Source: Phoronis australis (taxonomy: Eukaryota > Animalia > Phoronida). Taken from it: a stretch of DNA of 44,048 nt. Under the pieces are notes generated by a model that worked only from the letters and a program-made list of their open reading frames with translations, was not told the DNA's origin and searched no databases. The stretch spans positions 1 to 44,048 of the forward strand of contig NMRA01001169.1 in the NCBI GenBank assembly GCA_002633005.1, written 5' to 3'. The translations under genes were made by a program, and so were the position numbers. How positions within the stretch are numbered: position 1 is the first letter of the stretch; each line of letters opens with the position of its first letter. This document shows positions 36,711 through 44,048 of the stretch, one piece after another.

Positions 36711-36798
36711 CGTCTTTTACAGACAAGGTCGAGTTGGCATACGCAAAAATGACGTCTGTTCGGTGAACGTCACGTCTTCTTCGTGCCGACGAGCAGTT
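36711..36798 (-). CDS. 88-nt internal exon with furin-like site, same gene as 35634-35830 (ZP-domain-protein-like C-terminus)
   Basis: ttttag|aac..gacg|gtgagt. Reads NCSSARRRRDVHRTDVIFAYANSTLSVKD and ends in phase 1, matching the downstream exon. Confidence 0.68.
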
Positions 36799-39700
36799 CT
36801 AAAATATGTGCAGCAAAAGTTAAACAATACATCATGTCATCTTCGTTTTAGCAAGCAGGTCTAGCAACAGACGTTTTTTGTACATTCTCTTAATCCAGGT
36901 TTACTTTCAACATTAAATGGAGCGTCAATGTTGTTAAGAAAGGATTCCTACTACCTAAGGTGGCCAGATCTTACGCTACAAATATCACCAGGCGCTTGCT
37001 TCTCAAAAGTGCACATTGACGTATTTTCTATCATTTTTCCGACATCAGTCGCAATCGCTTTACCAAAGATCCACGCACATGTGCCGCGTAGAGACACATA
37101 CCTCTTCACCACGTATTCACATCTTCCCGTTCACAATTGTTTCAATTTACATAATTTGTCAGTATGTTGTTGACAGAAAATATTTATTTTTGGAACAAGG
37201 TGAACGACCAACTGATAGGGGCCTTCGTGTACATGTAACTAGCCCAGATTTTAACGTCGCCGATACATGAAAACGGAATGCGCAGAGCTACAATTGGCTG
37301 TTGACTCAACAGTGGTCATTCCGTGTTTGATGTCACAATCTGTGTGCGTGGAAATCGTAACCTTAGTATGATTTCGAAGTTAGAGCCATCCGGCGAAGTC
37401 CGTGGGTTTAGGGCATACTAGACCGCGAATTTCGCGTCTGTACTGCAAGGATCAATATGAAAATAAAATCCCCGGAGGGAGAGCTCTTCGCGGTGTAACA
37501 ACACACTCACTATCCCATCATCACGGGTGCGTGATAGGAGAACCGTGAATAAATTAAAAAAGCAAAAAGATGCAGTTTGCCGTTACACAAACAAAATCAA
37601 TTGTGGGCGAAGACTGTCAAAAATAGCTATGTTTACAAAATGACTACAGCGTTGTATTGACTGGGAAGCAGCCAATCTAATGCAACTTGTTAACGAGACG
37701 AGTCAAATTAAAGATCGAATGTAAAGAAAACGTTCACGTTTTTTATCCAAAGATTGTTGCATTGTCCATAATCCGAAGCTTACTATTACCGCTTGCCTTC
37801 AACCTTCGAATTAGTGGTGTTTCACAACCGATGTGAACTCACGTAACCGAGAAGACTAAACTAGGTTAATTTATTTGACTCTGTGCTAAGACGACTATGC
37901 ATCGACACGCAAAGTGGTATCAGCCTGATAACCTATTACGCAACTGCTACTGCAGCCTGAAAATAGCAGCCGACCAGCTGGTCGGCTGAAGGGTCGGCTG
38001 AAGGGTCGGCTGGGGAGTCGCCTTGTACATAATGTAATACAATTATAAAATAAATAAATAAATGAAGGCACTGTGAAGAACGACACTTGGGGAAATCTAC
38101 TGAAAAGGGGAACTTGGTGACTGTGGCAACCAAACTTCTGACGACAAAGTTCACGACACCTGTGTTGGTGCAGGGGACGAATACGAAGAGCACAACATAG
38201 CCTCCGACGGAGTCAACAATACCGACAGCGCCGCCAGCCACCAGGAACAGCAAGTGCGAAGACAATGACGCCGTATGACGCCAAGCGAGGGCAACGCCAA
38301 TGCATCCTAAACAAGCAAGAACCGCAAATATTGACGACGTCGTTCACATAAAACCACAGCCAAAACATATATGTCAACAGCAGCAACCCCACTAACACCA
38401 ATAGCGCCACCTCACGCGCATGGCAACAGCGAGGCCAATGACGATGAAGTCGCCGACACCCACAATTACACTGAAAGTTACATCATCGGAATCATCGTCA
38501 TTATAGTCGTCATCCTCAAAGGACCACAAAATAGCAGACTACGCTGTCACCGGCAATGTCGCCGGAAATATCAACATAGATGTCAGAATAAAGATTGATC
38601 AAGTGCAGAGAGTTCCATTTATGTTGCCCAAAATGTGTGCATAATCAGCCTTGAGGTCAAACGGGTTGACATGTATTTGGACGTCAATATCTATTTTTAC
38701 AGTGTAGATGATATTTACCACTTTGGTTCTGGGTCCATGTTCTCTAAATATTGTAGAAAAGTCTGAGAGCAAATCGTAACAGCGAATGATATGATTAGAG
38801 AAGGTCATGCGGTTTTTAGCAGCCAATCATTAAGTAAGTGCATTATTATAGTTTGGGCAGAAGTTTGGAAAATACTCAGACGGGAACAAGCAGAACGTGC
38901 CCACAAACAAGATCTGGAAACGGCAGAGCTTGCATGAGAACAAGCATAGCGGACTCAAGCTAATGAGTAGCAGAAGACACAGCAACTCCAGATTGAGCTG
39001 AAAACGACACCTGGTGGTGGTACTTGAAGCAGTTGTGTACGTACCAGGCATCCCAAATTACCAAGCAAGGAGTGTACTTGTACAGGAGAGTTCACTCCGC
39101 CATTTTACCGCTCGCCGCAGTGGTTACCGGTCGAAACACTAGCGCTCCAAGCGGTGAATAATCAACACTTAGGAGCGCAGGACGAACAATGTAAACACTC
39201 ATAAATTCATGCTTTAATGACATTCAAATAAAATTCAATAAAATTATTGTGTAATGGAAAATGGTTAGAATACATAAACTAACATCCACTTACAATCGAA
39301 TGAGAAAGAAAATGCGTATTTAATCAATATTAAAATGTATTGGCTTTACTCTCTTGAAGCTCCCTTCAAAATCCATCGTGTATTTGTTTCATGCTTGAGT
39401 TCTTAACAAGGTAATTATCGTTCCTTATAACAGTTCATACCTCCATGGACTACATAATTTGAATGATTGCTCCTGGAGGTTCAGAAGGGTATTCCCCCAG
39501 GTGCCAGCTAATGGGGTACCAGGCAGGCAAAAACCAGGTGGGTGCCAAATGGGTGTTGACCCCCTCCCAGGGGGGTTGCGTGGGAGGAGTGCTAAACAGG
39601 TAAAACAAATGGGTATGTATGCCACATGGGTGTTGAGCCCCTCCCATCGTCACACATTTTGGTTGCTCCCCTGACAAACATGTTGCTCCCAGCTCACTGC

Positions 39701-40559
39701 TGGTTTCATCTCCACCCAACAATTTCGCATGTGTTCCTTATTCAATGCACCAGGCTACTAGCAATGCAGACAATTGTTTTGTGCAGTGGGCGTTACACAA
39801 GTGAGAAGAAAGCAATTCATCACTACCACAAAATCTTAATACAATTTTAGAACATTCCATTATTTCTTAGACACGCCAGTATAGGGTAAACTTAATCCCA
39901 CTCTACCACTCACCAACAGTAGAATAGCTCAAAACTTACAAAACGTAGTTACATTGAGTATAATATCAATCATAACTAATCAAAGTTCAAAGTATCATGA
40001 CAAAAAAATAAGAGGTACTGAACAGCAATCAAAATATTCACTACCCACATACAGTGTACATATAGCTTCATACAAAACTTAATTAAAAAGACTTGGATGA
40101 TAAAAACAAAACTTCATTTTGTATACCCACTGTTCCTATTATCAACAACAGTAAATATTTCATGTAAGTTAAAGCCAGACCACAAGATCATATCTGATAC
40201 CTAGCCACAACTGCGGCTTAAATTAATCACAATCTCAAAAAACGTACAGAATAGGCAACACATACACCAACCAATACAACAAGAAAATCTAACCAACCTT
40301 ATCACTCTCTATTAATTCACTAGTAACTAACAGCACTTTTTGCCAAAAAATGCGTTATACATTAAGCTGAAAACTAATCACAGGCTAACCTTTCATAAAA
40401 TATTTCACTCTTATCAACCTTAGTAAAATACGAAAACCAGATTTTGACTAATTGTCCTTTCTACACGTGATGTTCCAGTACTTGCTTTGTGAGACGATAA
40501 TCAGAAATGCAAAAGAAGCCTATTCCAGAGCTGGAATATAATTCCGGAGAAGTTTTTGA

Positions 40560-41763
40560 CCCTGACATCTTCATTTTTGGTGGATTCGGGACATCAAATC
40601 TTGTTCGGGCACTGCAGTCAATACCAGCTTGTTCTTTATTCATGAACATGGACTCCTCGAAGTGATGAGAGCATAACTTGTAGTTCCTGGACAAATAGGC
40701 TGCATCTCTATTCATAAGGTCAGCTCCCAGCGCTTGCACCCGAACAGAAATCAATGACTGAGAGACCCAGGAACAAACCTCATACTCACTAGGTTCGCAG
40801 AAGACTGGTAGCCTACACTAAAGTACACTACACTACAGAATTCCTGTCGTACTGTGATTGTGATAGAGACAAAAGCGCTTTGGTGTCAACTGAAAAAACT
40901 CGGACTCAGATGTCGATCTACGGATAGTTTAACAGGGCCGCGCCCCCGCATCATTGACATATAGAATTAACTTTTCAATGACGCACTGCTTAACTTAGTT
41001 GGTCCAACTGGCACATTAAAATTATGTTGATTTTTTCACCTTTTCACCGAGACCCACAGATTCTCTAACTTGACTCATGACAGACTTGTGGCCCTGTGCA
41101 TCCTCAGCTTCTGATCGTCCCCAATACACTACATACAATACTAGAAGGTATGACACTCCGGTACGGAAATTGCCGGTTTGTCTTGTAAAGTCACCACGTC
41201 GATAACGCCGTCCATCCGTAATTCATTGGTAATTTCCGTACCGTCCTTGACATGGATCTGCCACAGTTGTAAGTGTGTCTGGACTTTTTGGGAACATTTT
41301 TGTTCTTTGACTGCCAATTTCTTACGAAGTCGCCGGAACAGGACACCGTGGATGGTATTATAGAAAGAACAATTGTTCATGTTTTTTTGAACCCCTGTTT
41401 TGTGTAACTTTATTGAGTTATGTGTTTGATATTATCGGCTGAATCAAAGCAGCCGTGGAATTTCTAGCCCGGAGTGTCATACCTTGTACCATTATATGTA
41501 GTGTATTGGGGACGATCAGAAACTGAGGATGCCTGTGAGTAGGACTAGCCTACACTGCAGACACCAGTGGCAACTGGACTGCGATCGACTTGTCTAACAA
41601 CCGTGAACAGAACACAACAAATGAAAGCCAATGTATCACATTATTGAATAACAGATAATCCTTACCTTTCTGGATCCTTAGGAAACCTAAAAAATGACAC
41701 GTCTGTGGTTTTCGTGGATGGATTCATGCAATTTATCGCACTGCAAAATGCGTCTTTTCCCAT
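40560..41763 (-). pseudogene. Two-exon THAP domain of the P-like transposase (exon 1 41763-41666; exon 2 from 40739)
   Basis: MGKDAFCSAINC..VSFFRFPKDPER|gtaag, then CKRW /deletion/ ADLMNRDAAYLSRNYKLCSHHFEESMF..FDVPNPP. The acceptor appears mutated (cgg instead of cag). Confidence 0.85.
41098..41532. mobile_element. 435-bp MITE with ~70-bp TIRs and 4-bp TSD (possibly Sola-like)
   Basis: gcatcctcagcttctgatcgtccccaatacactacata.. / ..tatgtagtgtattggggacgatcagaaactgaggatgc. ctgt at 41094-41097 and 41533-41536. Confidence 0.88.
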
Positions 41764-43922
41764 TGCTTTGGCGCTTGCTGGTTGACAGTTGCTTAGTCAC
41801 CCCTTGGCGACGCTAGTAGTAGAGGTAACAGCGAACTCACAAGTGAGCTCTCCTACTCGACAACACTCGTTGTGCCAAGGTTCTACGAGCACGTCGATGA
41901 CATGGGTTGTCGTTTTTAGGGAACGGCTACCTTCCAAAACAGTACACGGTAACCGTTAGAAAAGGATGGGTATCAACGGTATCAGCCCACAGTCTGGGAA
42001 AAAAGCTTATCATAATATAAATTGCAAAAAGTTTAAGACTGCTTAGCAAGACACCTGTTCGCCACTCCACGTTACCTAATGAATATAATTATTCTGAAAA
42101 GATTCTTGCTCTCACCGGGACTCGAACCCTGGTTCTTTGCCAGCCGAAGAATTCAGAAATCTAATCACACATAGTAAGTCATAGTAAGTAATTTTTATTA
42201 TAGTGACACGTGTTCAAATGAATTTAATCAATTAATTCGCTACAAAACAGGAGCACCAGCCTTCCACGGGACTTATAAGTCTCTTTAGATACATGATACA
42301 ACCGAAAAAAGTGTACACGCATTGCAAGAGGACCAAAGAGAACACAGAGATAAGAGTGATTATAAATATAAATTTTCCTTACTTCAAAATATTTTTGATG
42401 AAAACTGAAGTTTTCTGATAATATCTTTTGCATGTCGCCTGTAATTAATTTATATTCACAGTTTTCAGCACGAAATCTTGGATATTCATTCTCAACTTAA
42501 TAATAATAATAGGTGTTTCTGGCATCTAAGAAAAACGGTCACTCAAACAGAAAATGTACTTGAATGTATTTCTTTATTTCTATTCCTCAAAGTACATGTA
42601 CACTGTACACATCGATAACTCAGCAGCTGTAAAACATGACTAACAAAATCATCAACAATAGCCACACTGACAAACGTTGATTGATATACCGTAGTAATAT
42701 TAATAAATCGTGGTAGTGCGAGGATACTATATGTATTGCTTTTTCTAGCAATGTAGGTTATTCCTCGATCAGCTGTCTGCGTTATATTTATTATTTAAAC
42801 CAGCAGTCTTCAACTTGCTGTCGCGTCAAAACGTAATGAGTAAGAAAGATAAATTCACAATATTGCTAGGAAAATACCAACTGTTCAAAACACGTTCACT
42901 GGCACAGTGGGCATTATTGTAATCACAAAGAATCTCCCTTTCTCCATTGCCACCATTATTGTGATCGCTGGCTCCAGTATTATCATCACATTCAACACTA
43001 TTGCTACCGTATTCACCGATATCTTCATAGTAACTGCCAATGCCATCAAAGTCACCCCTAAAATCCCACAGTCACCACTTTCACCATCACAGTCAGCAAA
43101 TTTATCGTAATCCATTTTGCCCGGGGTACGCCACGAGCTATGTTGCAGAGTAAAACAAGAGGAGGATTGCGAATAATGTCATTTAATATGACGTAAATAG
43201 ATAAAACTAACTAAGACTCTGCAAGATGGGCATGGACAAAACGCCCACCGGCGTGTACAATGAATAGCTCTGAAAGAGGGAACAAAAAAAAAGAACTGCC
43301 TGAAGGGCTTAAACGAAAAGTACAGAAAATGAACACAAACATTGAGAACACCTAACAGGAAATGTATCAGAGAAAAGAGAAAGTGGAACCTACACCCGGG
43401 ATGGGGGGGTGGGGAAAATGCAGAGAACGAACGTAGGTCTTGTAGACGACGAGGTAGGTGGCTGAATGAGAGAGACCACGTTAAACTGAACAAAGGAAAT
43501 ATGGGCGACCACTCACGTGTCGCGTAGAGAAATGTATGAATACAAAAGTAGGCCCTTGAGGCTATAAATAGAGATGAGTAATGCAAAATAAACCCTAGGG
43601 CTTGGTATCAAATAACGAGACAAATGTCAAAATAATGACGATAAGTGCATTTAACAAGTTAAATTGAATTTATCGTAATCTATTTTGCCCTGGGTACGCC
43701 ACAAGATATGTTGCAGAGTAAAACAAGAGGAGGATTGCGAATAATGTCATTTATTATAACGTAAATAGATAAAACTAAGACTCTGCAAGATTGCAAGATG
43801 GGCATGGACAAAACGCCATAATGGCAGCACAGGAATGCTGACATCGCCCATCCGAGGAAGCGGAACCCGGGCAATAACAAGGTTAGACTATGAGAAAATG
43901 TAGGTATACCCTTACAAAAATG

Positions 43923-44048
43923 AACTTAAGTTTTTCGCTGAAAACTTAAGTTTTTGGCGAAAAAACTTAAGGTTTTGGAAAATAACTTAAGTTTTAGAGG
44001 AAAAACTTAAGTTCTTCCGAAAAACTTAAGTTTTTAAAAGAAACTTAA
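43923..44048. repeat. ~20-bp tandem repeat with palindromic core aaaacttaagtttt, running off the window end
   Basis: Seven aacttaa(g) cores at ~19-21-bp spacing with short variable linkers. Confidence 0.9.

Larger units (their letters stand above)
39066..41872 (-). mobile_element. P-superfamily-like DNA transposon (non-autonomous, THAP-bearing)
   Basis: CAA..TTG termini and ~30-bp imperfect TIR (caaggagtgt..aggagagttcac / gtgagctctcct..acactcgttg). 7-bp TSD taccaag / tgccaag. The empty site tgtcaag is at 25214-25220. Confidence 0.85.
38076..41950 (+). pseudogene. Decayed membrane-receptor-like reading frame, copy 2, interrupted by the P-like element
   Basis: Same stalk/TM/tail translation as copy 1, with shared and private stops. 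Confidence 0.38.
38025..43899 (+). repeat. Segmental duplication copy 2, expanded by a P-like insertion and a local repeat
   Basis: Matches 24283-26296 apart from the 39066-41872 insertion, ~110 extra bp at ~38085-38193, and extra sequence at 42709-43092 and ~43246-43668. Confidence 0.93.

Noticed and set aside
43923-44048. CRISPR array
   Set aside because: Linkers are only about 6 bp, the period is ~20 bp, there are no cas genes, and the context is eukaryotic.

Overview
This is AT-rich eukaryotic DNA, probably a bilaterian marine invertebrate (inference from the transposon repertoire, GT-AG introns and a CTCF-like motif). It is not a prokaryotic locus: I see no operons, CRISPR array, or rRNA/tRNA genes. 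The window is mostly nested, decayed transposons. (1) A Tx1/L1-type RT fragment. (2) An ISL2EU-like THAP element whose THAP domain is split by a 9-bp-TSD TAG..CTA element, plus further TAG..CTA elements. (3) An internally deleted Academ-like transposase. (4) Two Kolobok-type TTAA elements, one with a THAP transposase and a convergent KolX/P2X7-ballast-like gene. (5) Two Helentron/HINE-like copies. (6) A LINE 3' end. (7) A P-like THAP element with a MITE in its intron. Host-like sequence is limited to two minus-strand exons of a membrane protein (furin-like RRRR site, TM helix, NPxY motif; ZP-protein-like C-terminus) and a duplicated, decayed type-I membrane-receptor-like reading frame. I found no convincing new biological system. 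The most unusual signals are a strong excess of the palindrome TACATGTA, a micro-inversion within a 770-bp inverted repeat, and several insertions whose empty sites can be rebuilt from the window. All family assignments come from reading motifs by eye; no database searches were run.
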